From NCBI RefSeq assembly GCF_000181795.1, contig NW_003526948.1, positions 1,067,444-1,131,443 on the forward strand: DNA of 64,000 bases. Direction: 5' to 3'. Below are positions 13,501 through 28,577 of this stretch, piece after piece. The DNA comes from Trichinella spiralis (Eukaryota). A model generated the notes under the pieces. The model was not told where the DNA came from and made no database searches. It worked only from the letters and a program-made list of their open reading frames with translations. A program made the position numbers and the translations under genes. Every line of letters begins with the position of its first letter. Within the stretch, counting starts at the first letter, position 1.

Positions 13501-14691
13501 TTTAGCTTGCTCATTCTAATGGATCAAAACATCACCTCGGTGATCATCAACCGTCCAGAAAACAAAATTCAGGCACTTTTTTTTTTACAACTGCTCATCC
13601 TTTTTATTTGATAATTTCAATTTAAATTAATGAGTAAAATTTAGAAAGGATTCGGTTATCATTTGGATTTGTTTGTCATTGCATTTTTGATGCTGATCTG
13701 TGCCAGCATGGGTATACCATTTTACGTTGCTGCAACTGTCATCTCGTTGATGCACATGGAAAGTTTGAGAATTGTATCAGAAATTGCGGCTCCAGGTGAA
13801 AAGCCTGCTGTTTTGGGAATCAAGTAAGTAAACACAAATATGCATGGATAACAGAAATTAATTATTATTAACTGAACAAATATGAATTGCATTGCGATGA
13901 AATGAATGATGATCATTTGATTCATTTTATTCAAAGGGAACAACGCGTCACTGCTGTCATTGCTCATCTGCTCATTGGATTCAGCATATTCTTGACGCCA
14001 CTGATGAAGGTTGATAATAAAAATAAAAATAAGAAAAAGCAAACATTTACTCGTGTTTATTTTTCATGTTTGACAATTGATAAATAATTGCATTGTTCAA
14101 TTTAGCTCATTCCAATCCCAGCTTTGCTTGGAATATTCCTGTACATGGGCATCGTATCTTTGATTGGGCAGCAAGTAAGTTGTCGTTCGTTGAGCATAAA
14201 TTTGAAATTATCAATGAAATTACAGTTTATACAACGTATATTGATTGTATTCATGCCGACTAAGCACCAGCCTGACTATCCGTGGTTGAGAATGGTACCT
14301 CTTCGACGTATTCACCTGTTCACCGCCATCCAAGTGGTCAGTTTTGTTCTACTGGCAATCGTTGAAGAAGTGAAACTGATCTCAATGGTCTTTCCAATGA
14401 TGGTAGACGTGCTTGCTTTTTAATTTTTTTTAATTATTTTATCTATAAAACAAATTTCAGTTGGTCGTTTTAATTTGCATAAGAAAATTTTTTCTGGGCT
14501 GGCTTTTCACTGACAAAGAGTTGAAATATTTGGACGACGAATTGCCCGGCTGGAATGAAGTGATGCGACCAACAAGAATCAACAGCTGCGTTAAAAATAA
14601 CGCCGAATCAATAATCATTGCAAATCAAAAAGGCGAAGATATACAACTTCTACCACCATCACCTGCACTAGCGGCAGAAGTGCATACGTGA
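9831..14691 (+). CDS. SLC4 family bicarbonate/anion transporter (abts-like, Na+-coupled NBC/NDCBE type), about 20 exons; 5' end uncertain (candidate ATG at 9909)
   Basis: Band-3 cytoplasmic motif WNEKSRWIKYEERVEEGERWSKPH; FGGLIEDVKEKAPWFISDFTDAF; ITFGG; SGQPICVLSATGP; ITRFTEEAF; LMDQNITSVIINRPENK|KGFGYHLDL; YVAATVIS; EQRVT; GIFLYMG; KHQPDYPWLR; ELKYLD; TGA at 14689-14691. Confidence 0.92.
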
Positions 14692-15301
14692 CATGACAGT
14701 TGAAGAAAACAACAACTCGCATTATAATTAAATTTTTATCTTAAACATGGCCTCGGGGTCAAGATTCATTAATTTATCATCACCAATATACATAGTAATA
14801 AAATATATGTGATAACAATAAGTCTGTTAATTTCAATTTATTCTCATTTTCAGATGCCACACATTTACAGCTGTTGCTGGTATTTAAAAATAATGAAAAG
14901 AAGTAAAATTTCGTGCGACACAATAAATAAGGTAAAAAAATGTAACAGAATGTTTCTCGTATTAATTTCACCTTTACGATGTCTCCATTAATAATAATAA
15001 CAACAATAACACTATTATTAATATAATGCTATCATTGTCATTATGAATAACGCATTATACAATTGACGAATTCTTCATTTTAAAAGTAATAATGAAAAAC
15101 AAACGAACATGACAGTGAATATTTTTTACCGTATGACAACAGTACGACGGTAATGGTAAAAATGAAAGAAATACCATACGTAAGTGTACTCGCACCGGTA
15201 AAGGAAAATTCAAAATAAATTTTCATCATGATCATCCATTTCATTATTAAATAATACAACAAACAGATACCCAATAATACAATCAACGGCAAGACCTTTT
15301 C

Positions 15302-17826
<2,525 letters not shown>

Positions 17827-20800
17827 TCGGTTAAACTAAGAAAACAGAAAAAAACAATTGCAATTAAAATTATCTTTCAATTTAAATAATATACAAACAG
17901 ATAAACATATGCATGCAAATACAATAACACACAAATAATTATATACAGAAAAAAGTAATGACGAATTCACAGGCTTAAAAATAAGAATTCACAAATGCGC
18001 AAGGTCAATATTTGCAGTCATTAACAACAACTGCTGTTGACAACATCACTTCAGGGCATCAATGACAACAAAAAACAATCAAAAATTGTGTAAATCTTAA
18101 TGCGAAAATGTTCTTTCTCATCTATGAAATTTTTTGATAACAAATCATTTTATAATATTCATTTTTAGAAATAACTGCAATAATTTTCATAAGAACTTAT
18201 CAGAATATATAAATAAAAAAAACGAATATACTACTAATATAATCTTCTGACTTGAATCTTGAAAAAAATGCTTCATAAAAAAATTATTAAACAAGTTTAC
18301 TATGCTAAATGTGGAAAAACCATACAACTGCACAATTTTAATAATTAATTATCAGTGATCATTGAATAACCTATATCGGACACACTAACTGCTTATTATC
18401 AGTTGAGATAAATTTCCACCACAGAAAACAAAATAATCTTACTTTTATTGTTTAATTAAACCTGACAATAACCCTTCAGATAAGTATTGAAAAATAAATT
18501 AAAAATGCTTTTCATCTTTTCAATCATTATTATTACAAAAACATATACCAGATATTATTGGGCCAAAAAGCAACTAAATCAACCGGATGTATCTTTACCA
18601 TTCAATAAAATCATTATTCATCAAAACTGGCATATATAACAGTGGAAACAAAACTGATGGTTAATTTTAAATTGAAAAACTTTACATCAATACAATAATA
18701 ATAAGAATTTGCATATAGTACAGTGTGAACGTGCACAGTGATCAAAACAATTTAACCATGAAAATACAATATTAATGAAAAAAAATTATTACACAACTAA
18801 TGAACGCAACATTTCTCAATTTCTATCAAAATGAAAAGTCAGCATCTTGTCACTTATCATAAACAAGCTCGACATTCACATTCACAAAATTGAACGCATT
18901 CGTTGAACATGAAACTTTACTTGTGAAAAATTTCATGTTCAGCAACAGCAAAACAAAAACCTTACACCACATCAATAATCTTTCAAAAATAATATTTCAT
19001 ATTTTTTGTTTCAATGAACTAACAAAAAAATCAATAATATGCGCAACCGAAATGAATAAAACAACTACAGAAAGAAAAATATAAAGTTACCTAACCAATA
19101 AATTGCTATAATTTTCACAAAAAATGACATTAATCAATTCAATTCACTAATTATTATTCCAACTACTAAAGTTCACTGTAATAATGTATTATTCAATTGA
19201 ATTTGGTTTCTCATCTTCATCTGAAATTATCCACATTAATAATAAAAGTGCACTGTATATAATTCAAACAATTATAAGCAAGTTCCATTCAAATCTACTT
19301 TTCACAAACAGGCTTTTAACATAAAGTACAAAAAGAAAAAACAAGCACATTATATATATATATATATACATAACTAAAAACAGCAAGACATTTTTCAAAA
19401 ATTAAAATATTAAAAAAATAATAATAGAATACTTTTCTGTCAACTAGTCTCATGTTCATTTGCAGAAAACAGTTTCATCACATCAATTAACGACTGACTG
19501 TTCGACAGAAACAGCACATGATAAATTTTTCAACTAATTAACCACTCAATAACTAGACGTCAATATTTAAATTTAAAAATATAAAACAACCTCACTCATC
19601 TATTTGACCAATGAGAGTACATGCAGAAAAAAAACCATCAAACACATTAAAATCGAAATAACTTATTCAAAGTTGAAAAAATGATCAATATATAATCAAT
19701 AAATCTAATCACAGAAAACCAAAAAAAACAGCAAATAATTTTTTCGCATAACGTGAAATTGTCAAACAAACTGAAGCAGTTGAGAAAGATTGAACAAAAT
19801 CAGTAACATCATTAGACAAAAAAAACTGCAATGCAAAGCATATTTCAGAAAAAATCGATTCCCCATTTTAAATCTAAAAGCAGCACCCCAAAAATGGTTG
19901 GCTTAAACAATTTTTGAATTTTCAATTCTTACGCTGTCAAGTGGTAAAAAACAATAAGCTAAAGTTCAATTTATCATTGAAAATTCATTGAATATTTCTG
20001 CAACAATTTTCCAAAGAAAGCAACTTGGAAATTGATAAATTTTGATGACTTATTGAAATGAAACTATTTAAAAGGCCGAAATTTTTAAAATCTTCAACTA
20101 TGCAAGTATGAAATAAGTGAAAATAAAAATTTATTTCAGTAAAGTTCAACAAAGCAAATTAAGCAATAGCGAAGAACAATATGATAAAATAAAAATGTCA
20201 TATTTTACCGCAAAGCAAGAAGGCAACAACCCGGAAGTGGGTTTTCAAGGTAACAATACCCGGATAAACTGAAAATAAAATCGGGACAGTTTAATCAACC
20301 AAAAATTAGTCATTACCAAAACAAACTGATACCAGTTAACAACAACTGCCAACATCCAATGATCAAAGTAAAGTGTGCATTTTTCACCGTAAGAAAATAA
20401 TGATAATTAAGACAAATTAAACAGTCAGTAATGTTCGATTATTTTTTCAATTAAATTACAATGTCCATTTTCCAGAATGAAAACAACACAAATTATTATA
20501 CGTTTTTACGCAGTTTGTAATTCAAAGAGAATAATTTCGAGCTATTCTTGCTGTAATAGTGCACAACAGTAGCATCAACCAGTTGGGAATATAATTCAAA
20601 TTAACTTATTTTATACAGGATTTATATCAAACAGTACTCAAAAATAAAACGCAATAATTTTAAAATGTACAATGTAATTTTTGATTCGTTTAAAATTACA
20701 GTGATATTATAAAGAATATAGAACAGCGGCATTTTATCATCGGTGTTGACAGTTTTTGTTACATTCAACGTTATTTCAATTCCTTTATGTTATACAATTA

Positions 20801-23274
20801 AACAGTTCAATCAAAAGTGAACAGATTATTTAATAAGCTCAAAACTCAAAATCAATGCATTCTGTTTATATTTCAAATTTTTTAAGAAAATGAATAAAGT
20901 CATATCAGTGAATTTATTTAAAAAAACAATATCATATCAAGTTTTAAAAAAGTCAAATAAATCTAACATTGATCATTTATGAAACTGCATTCATGACAAT
21001 ATAAATAAATATATACAAATATACAAGCGTATGTATTTTTGAAATTTAATTCAAGTAAATAATTTGAATGTTTATAGTTAATTATTAAAATGAGAAACTG
21101 AACCAAGAATTAAAATAGCAAGAAAATAAAAAGTGATGCTGAAAAAAGTGATTAGTGTATTTGATTTGCAGGTACAGTAGAATTTTTTCTTGTTCGTTGA
21201 GAAGGAATTATTTGTTATTGTTATATGGAGAGAATTTTTAAAAAAATAAGCTTTAAAATATTCAGAACATAAATTTAAAAAATTTTATTTGAAATCAACA
21301 GCGATAAATTACGCGAATAATAAAAAAGTAAAAAAATGAAAAACTAAACTGTGGTATGGATGAAAATATTTCATAATGGAATTTTTTATTTTAAAATTAT
21401 AAAATTACAAAAATTGAGAAATTTCAAATAATTACAAGTTTAAAATTGTAAATTTGGCGTCGAGTAATTTACTTTGATTTGATATTGTGAATTCAAAATT
21501 TATTGTCATTAAATAATTTTAACCATAAAAGTGGAATGATAAAATTTTAAATTGTAAAAATTTAATGTAAAAATTGTTAATAATGACAATTAATTATCAT
21601 TATAGGAAACGTGCGCGAAGATTAACACATCGCTGAACGTGATCATCATGACCTACAAAAGTAAAATAACCGAATTGACATTGTTGTTTAGGAAAATTAG
21701 GGTTTGTGGTTTTACCCTTTGTGTTTGTTCGTCATTTCCGCGAAGTTTCAAAAGATCATCTACATTGAAGTTTTTCTCTGAACAGGTTCGTATGTGTTAC
21801 TGTGTTTTGTGGTATTAAATAGGGTTTTCAAGTTTATAGAATTTTATTTGCAATGATTTTGTTTTGAAAAGCAGCATTTTGACTAGTTAATATTTTGTAG
21901 CACGTATGCAGAAATATATTGTCCAGATTTATTCCATTTTAACTGTGAAGTAGTTTGCGGTGCAGTTATTTTTTTAAAGCATATGCCTTAAATAAATTTT
22001 TTACGTCCTACTAGCATGAAAACATTGAAAATAACAGAATTGGTTTTATCATTTCATGTAATGCACTTGTAACTTATTGGCGAACAAAATATTTGGTTAT
22101 TTTTAACATTAAATTTTCGAATGTAATTTCTAGCAGTTTTCGGTAGGCGTGATAAATTTTCTTTTTTTTGACTTTGTGTGCTTTAATATTTGTAAGAAGA
22201 GAGAAAGTCCAGTTAGTTTTTTTGTATGTTAATTTGAAAAGAGGTCGACGAAAATGATTATTTTTCAAGTTTTAACAATTCCATTCGCTCCATTATTACT
22301 ATTATTATAAGTTTAATGTTCAGTTGTGCGTTTTTTTTAATTCGAATTGGAGAATATTTCAAATGTTACAATGAATGAATGGATAAATTTAAAATAATAA
22401 TAATATTAATAAAAATGAAAAGTTGCAATGAATATTTGGTAGGTGAGATAATTATTGTTATGGTAAATGAATTGTTTTTTCAAATTGTGTAATGAATTAA
22501 TTTTGACTGGATGGAATAATTGTTGAAGAAATATTTGAATGGGGAATGTGATTATTTGAAAATTGGTTCACCCGCAATTTCATACTGTAGATAAGAAATA
22601 TTGACCGATGAAAAAAGCGTTTCATTGTTTGTTGTACTGTGTTGTGTCAACAATGGGAAAAGATTACAGAAAAAATAGGTTGATAATAGGTAATGAATTT
22701 CTAGGTTGATATGGAATATATTGAGTATTGAAAAACAGAAAGGAATAATAATAATAAGAATAATAATAATAATAAATGTAAAAGGTTAAAGAAGGAAATG
22801 TAAATGGAGAGAGAAATAGTCAATGTTTGACGACAAAGCGGGTAGGTAATGTTGAAAAAAAAAGAGAAGTGTGATGAGATTATTATTTGAATTAAAATTA
22901 TATTTTTATATTTTTTGTAAATGATAAACTTAATAAATTTTAAATTATTTTAAAAAATATTTTTTATTGTATTGTATTGTATTGTATTGTACAATATATA
23001 TGTATGTGTGTGTGTCGACCGGCCGAAAAGTCCGGACGGCCTTGTCATTGGAAAATTGACGCCCTGCTGCGCGCTTCTGCTTGCATTCTGTTCTGTGTGT
23101 GTATGTGTAGTGTATAAAGGGGGGGGGGGAGAGAGCAAGAGCAAGAGGAGGTGAAAGAGAGAGAGATGGATGGATGAATGCGTCGTGCATGTATAGTATA
23201 CATATATATATATATATATATATAGTATAGATAGAATAATAATAATGATAATAATAATAATAATAATTTTCTCT

Positions 23275-23500
23275 GTGGCGCGAAGTGAACGTGCGCGCGA
23301 GCGACCGAGCCAGCCAGCCAGCCAGCCAGCCCAGCGCTCGCGTCGGCGCCAGTTTTCGCTCGGCCGTTCTCAACGCTGGCTTTGTTGAATGGCGGGCGAG
23401 CGAGCGCGCGCGCGCTTCTCTGCGACGCGGTGCACGGCCGACATTGTCGGCCTACGTCGTTCAATCTGCGCTAGAAAATAACCCGCGTTTGCGTTCGTTC
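23275..23500 (+). promoter_or_regulatory. GC/CpG-rich island, probable ARID1 promoter
   Basis: Abrupt GC-rich, CpG-dense stretch (gcgcgcgagcgaccgagccagcc..., gagcgcgcgcgcgc) in strongly AT-rich surroundings, about 0.9 kb upstream of the ARID1 ATG and followed by a pyrimidine-rich tract. Confidence 0.55.
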
Positions 23501-23882
23501 GATGCTTTCCTTCTCTCTCTGTTTCTGTTTCTGTCTGTCTGTCTCTTTCTCTCTCTCTTTCTACTCTTTATCTCTCCCTCCCTCCCCCTTCCTATTCTAT
23601 TCAACATTGCTTCTTCTTCTTCTTCTTCTTCTTCTTCATTTCCATTCCCCTTCCTTCCTTCCTTCGTTCATTTGTTTTTCACTGTAACTCTTTTCCAAAA
23701 TATCTTCGCGCCAACTCTCTTATTCATTGTTTATTTATTTATTTGTTTATTTACATGCTGCTCGCTTGTCTGTTTCTTTGTCCGCCTGTCTTTTTTTTAC
23801 ATTAAACTTAAAAAAAATTTTTTTCCTTCACACCATCTTTTTTAACTTCTTTTTTTTTATGAAGTAACTTTGAAAATTGCTG

Positions 23883-23916
<34 letters not shown>

Positions 23917-24189
23917 TCGATTGCATCTCTTCTTTCCTATACTCTTTCACCGTCCGTCCGTCCGTCCATCAGTGTGTGTGTGTGTGTGTGTCTGTGTGCG
24001 TGTGTGTGTGTGTATGTTCATTTATTTATTTATTTATTCATTCATTCATATATCTATATTTTTTTTTCTCTCACTTACTCACTCACACAATTTATATTTT
24101 TTTTGTTTACTGTATTTTCTTCTCTCTCTTTTTTTCAAAATTGTTATTGTAATTTCTTTTCTTTCTCATTATCTTCAATCTTATCATAC

Positions 24190-24233
<44 letters not shown>

Positions 24234-24404
24234 CAAAGAACGCGTCAATACAAAACAAAACAAAACAAAACAATACGAAATCAGAATACTTTTTTCCCTC
24301 TTTTTTAATCTTCTGTATATTTTTTTAGTTATTTTTTTCTTTTTTTATCATTTTAAAGAACTGAAGAAGAATTATGCCGACCAGTAATTACAACAAATAG
24401 CGTG

Positions 24405-24988
24405 ATGTCAAACAACAACGGTGCTGGCAATTGTGGGAAAAGTCACTTACAGCTTCATCAACAACCTACACATCAGCCGACATCCAGCACGGCTACTCCG
24501 ACTTTGAATTTGTTATTGCAACAACGGACCGCTCCCAACGCGTCTGCCGTTGACAACGACGAGACGGCGCCCAGTCCATCGGTGGCGGCTGCTGTTGACA
24601 ATTCGGCAGCTTCCGATTTGGCACTATCTTGGCAAACTGGGTCCAGACCATCTTCATCCTCGTCATCATCATCCACTACCACTAAACCACAATCTCAAGT
24701 AAATTATCATGAATTTCAAACAAACAAACCCCCCTCCTCCCATACGCACACACTCACACACACACACCACACCACACATTTTCCTTTTATTTTATTATTA
24801 ATTAAATTTCTTCTTTTTCCAATACACCATTTTTCCAAATGGAAAATTTTTCATTCACTTTTTTTCAATGGAAAATTAATTTATTTGCCCTTTCCCATCT
24901 TTATCCTATCACACGACACGCATACACATACACGCGCACACTACATGCACACACACATGCATACATACATACATACATACATACATGC

Positions 24989-25019
<31 letters not shown>

Positions 25020-25257
25020 CATACATACATACATACATACATACATACATACGTACATACATACATACGTACATACATATACATACATACATACATACAT
25101 ACATACATACATACATCCATACATCCATCCATACATACATACATACATACATACGTACATGCATGCATGCATGCATGCATACGTACATACATACATACAT
25201 ACATACATACATACATACGTACATACATACATACATACATACACACATACATGCATG

Positions 25258-25327
<70 letters not shown>

Positions 25328-28300
25328 GTACTTGCACACACTCCTCCCATACACACATACGCACAGCATACACGCGCACAACATACACTACACATCTAGT
25401 TAGCTTTGCTTCGAAACGTATCGATTTTTTTCTCTTTCTTCGTCACTTTTAGCAGCATGAGGTTTTCTTGTTGGCATGTTTCGCACCCAAGCTTTGCTCT
25501 TCTTCTAAACTTATTCTTTTCTCTTGCATTGTATTTCCCTTCTTCTTTTTTCTTCTTTTCAATCAATTTCACTTTTTTCTCCCCAATGCATAACTGTTTA
25601 CTTCATTAAACAATCTCTCGATCGTTTATTTACGTTTTTGTAATTTATGCAGACGGCCAATCATTTTTACACAAAAAACCAACCGTCGAACAAAGCCACC
25701 ACTCCGTACGGCCAGTCGGCTCAGACAACTGGTGCCAGTCCTATAATGTACCAACAGCAGCAACAGCAACCCCCACAACAACCGCCACCACCACCACCAC
25801 CACCACCGCCATCCTCTTCTTCGCCGTCGCCAATGAACAGACCGTCGTCATTCCCCCCTGCCTATTACGGTCAGCAGCAACCATTGCCGGTAAGTTAAAT
25901 TATTTATTTATTTATTTTTTGTTTGGCTTCTCTAAGTTATTCGTTATAATTTGCCATGTTTGGATGAACGTGGGGGGGGGAGACGGGAAAATTCGATTCT
26001 ACAAATTAAGGAAAAATAATAAATGTAAATAGACAACTGAATTTTCGCTTCCGTCCAATATGTGGAAAGTCACCGAATGCGCATCGCGTTGTGAGGATGG
26101 ATTTTGTTTGCTTCGATATTTTCTCACTTGGATCGCGCGTTTGTTGGATTGCACGCGTTCGGTGGATTCGTTTTCGTTTATTTATTATTTTTCAAAGAAA
26201 GAAAAAGCCCAATGTGTGATCGTCGACTTTTCGCGCTCATTTCCATTCACTTGGCGGTAGTGCTTCGTGTATTTCTATCCAATGACTTCTTTTCCATGCA
26301 AATGGTCGTTTTCGCTCGTCGCGACTGTCTGTGATTTGTTGACCTGAGTTTACTGTACTTTGGGAGACTTGATTATCTGACCTTTTACGACGACGTGGCA
26401 CTTGTGTGCTTGCTTTCGGTTTTTTGCCGTCTGTGTGTTGTACCTGTTTCTTCCCTCTCTCTCTCTTTTTTTCTTAAAATTTGTAATTGAGAAAAGAAAA
26501 AAACATTCATTTTATTGAAAATCTGCTTTTTCATCTTTTTTCCATTCGATATACAACGAAATATTGAAAACTTGCAAAATACGCTTTTCATACTGGCAAT
26601 ATTGCAAAAATTATTGGCATGTATTTTTCTTAAATTCCATGTTTTTGTTTTTTTTTTGTTCATTTTTTTACTCCACTCACGCAGCATGTCACTGTGAATC
26701 ATCTATATAGCTTCCTGCACTGGCGCTTTCTCTTTCTCTCTCTCTCTCTTGCGCGCGCGTAGTGTGTGTACATGTGTGTATGTGTGTGTGTGTGTGTGTG
26801 TGATCAATTTTTCACTAAATTCAGCTCATCGTCGTCGTCACTAGTTCCAGTAGGCAAACATGCTTCACAAAGCTTCGTTTCGTATTTCAAAATCTTTGTA
26901 TTAAAAAAAATACAGATTTGCACAGACTGATACCGTTGTGAAATGTGAAACATCTGTGATTTTTCTTCAGCTAGTGCAACAGTAATAATTTTTAAAAAAA
27001 ATTTCAGTATTCAAAGAAATATTATTATTTATTGTTGACCTCATGAATGAAACGACAACAATGTCGTTTGATTAATTTTTATTTTAAAAGAAGAAAAAAT
27101 GTCTTATACTAATTAATTGATATTACACTGACGATAAAAACATTGTGTGTGTTTTTCTTTGAAATTTAATATTAAAAAATTAATTTTTTTTACAATTGAA
27201 AAGAAAAATGCCCGTTGTTTCACTGTTTGTGGTAAATCGAAATTTTAAGTTTGCCGCCTGTTCAATTTTTTTGACTTTTATTGTTACACACACGCCATTA
27301 CCGTCGAAGAAAGTAGGTTTTTGGGCATTGATTTGACAAAATGGCCTTTCGGTGAAATTGTCAGCTTTCTCCTATCCCTGGGGTCGAATAGAAGCGTATC
27401 AAACGTTTGTATGTAGCACAATCGATCGTCACTCAGAGAACAAATGTTGTGAACAGCCGAGCTGAGCTTGAACGTGTAAAAATAAATAAAAGCAGGGAAA
27501 ATGCTCTGTTGTGTGTGATTCATTGAAATTTCCGTTGTACTCACTCACTCAAACGTTATATAAATGATAGCAGTCAGTCATCCGGCTTTTCTTATTCATT
27601 TTTCTTTTTTTCGCTTCCAATGATAATTTTCAAATTTTCCATCAGTAATAATGCATACATACATACATGCATACGTGAGGTAATAATATGAATGACGATT
27701 TCATTTCATCTTTTCTGCTACTACTACTACTTCTGTTATTCTGTTGTTAATTTTTATCATTTTTTCTTTGTCCCATACGGAAATGAAAATGCTCGTTCTT
27801 GTCTATACATGATAGATACTTTTACTGTTCAACGCTTCAAAATATTGTCCACTAGTTAGTTGTGTGTTTAGAATTTGTTATAGACGATCAGCATTGTTCG
27901 ATCTACACTGATTACCGATTGAAACGGTGTGATTTTTGCTTGGTTATAGCTCCTTTATGGACACTTATGGTTTTTTTTGTTTTTTAGAAAATATGGAACT
28001 TTTCTTTTGTGAACAAATTTGTTGTTTTTTATTAATCTGTTTTAAAAATACACTAACCAAATTATGCGCAACATCTTTCAAAATTTCAATCAGATGGTGA
28101 TATGAATAATTATAATTTTTTCTTTTTAAATTTTTAATTAACTTCACCGCCTGGCAGTGCATTTAAAAGTTTGATCATTGCTGATGTTTATTATAAACGT
28201 GATTGATCATGTCTGTCTGTTTGTTTGTTTTCTTTTTTACTGCTTAGTAAAATGCCATTTTTATTGTGTAAACTGCGATTTACGGAAGTGATGTTTCACT

Positions 28301-28546
28301 TTCTCTGTTTAACATGTTGTTGACAACGACATGCATTATAATGACTCTCTTTTATCACGCTAATTTTGTGAACTTGTCTGACGTTTCACTTTGTTCAAGC
28401 AGAGTTTACCATTCTCGTAAACTGATACATATTGTTCATATTATTCATCCTATTTCGGTGTAATATTTCCTTTTATGTTTTCATTTAGCTTTTCATTTTT
28501 GTTCTTTTTGAAAGTTTGTTGTCATTTGACACTTACTACGTTTCAG

Positions 28547-28577
<31 letters not shown>

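Noticed and set aside
18548..18630. Possible box C/D snoRNA on the minus strand (TGATGA with a ccag/ctgg terminal stem)
   Set aside because: No CTGA box D at the 3' end and no recognisable rRNA guide.
20225..20310. Possible spliced-leader RNA (…ttcaag|gtaacaat with a nearby AATTTTTGG)
   Set aside because: The Sm-like site is on the opposite strand from the donor-like motif, and no SL stem-loops are evident.
22945..24387. Overlapping 130-190 aa ORFs around the GC island
   Set aside because: Low-complexity microsatellite and pyrimidine-tract translations with no domain content.
24699..25452. Long ORFs of YIHT/MYVC repeats on both strands
   Set aside because: These are translations of the (ATAC)n microsatellite in ARID1 intron 1; the real exon ends at the 24698 donor.
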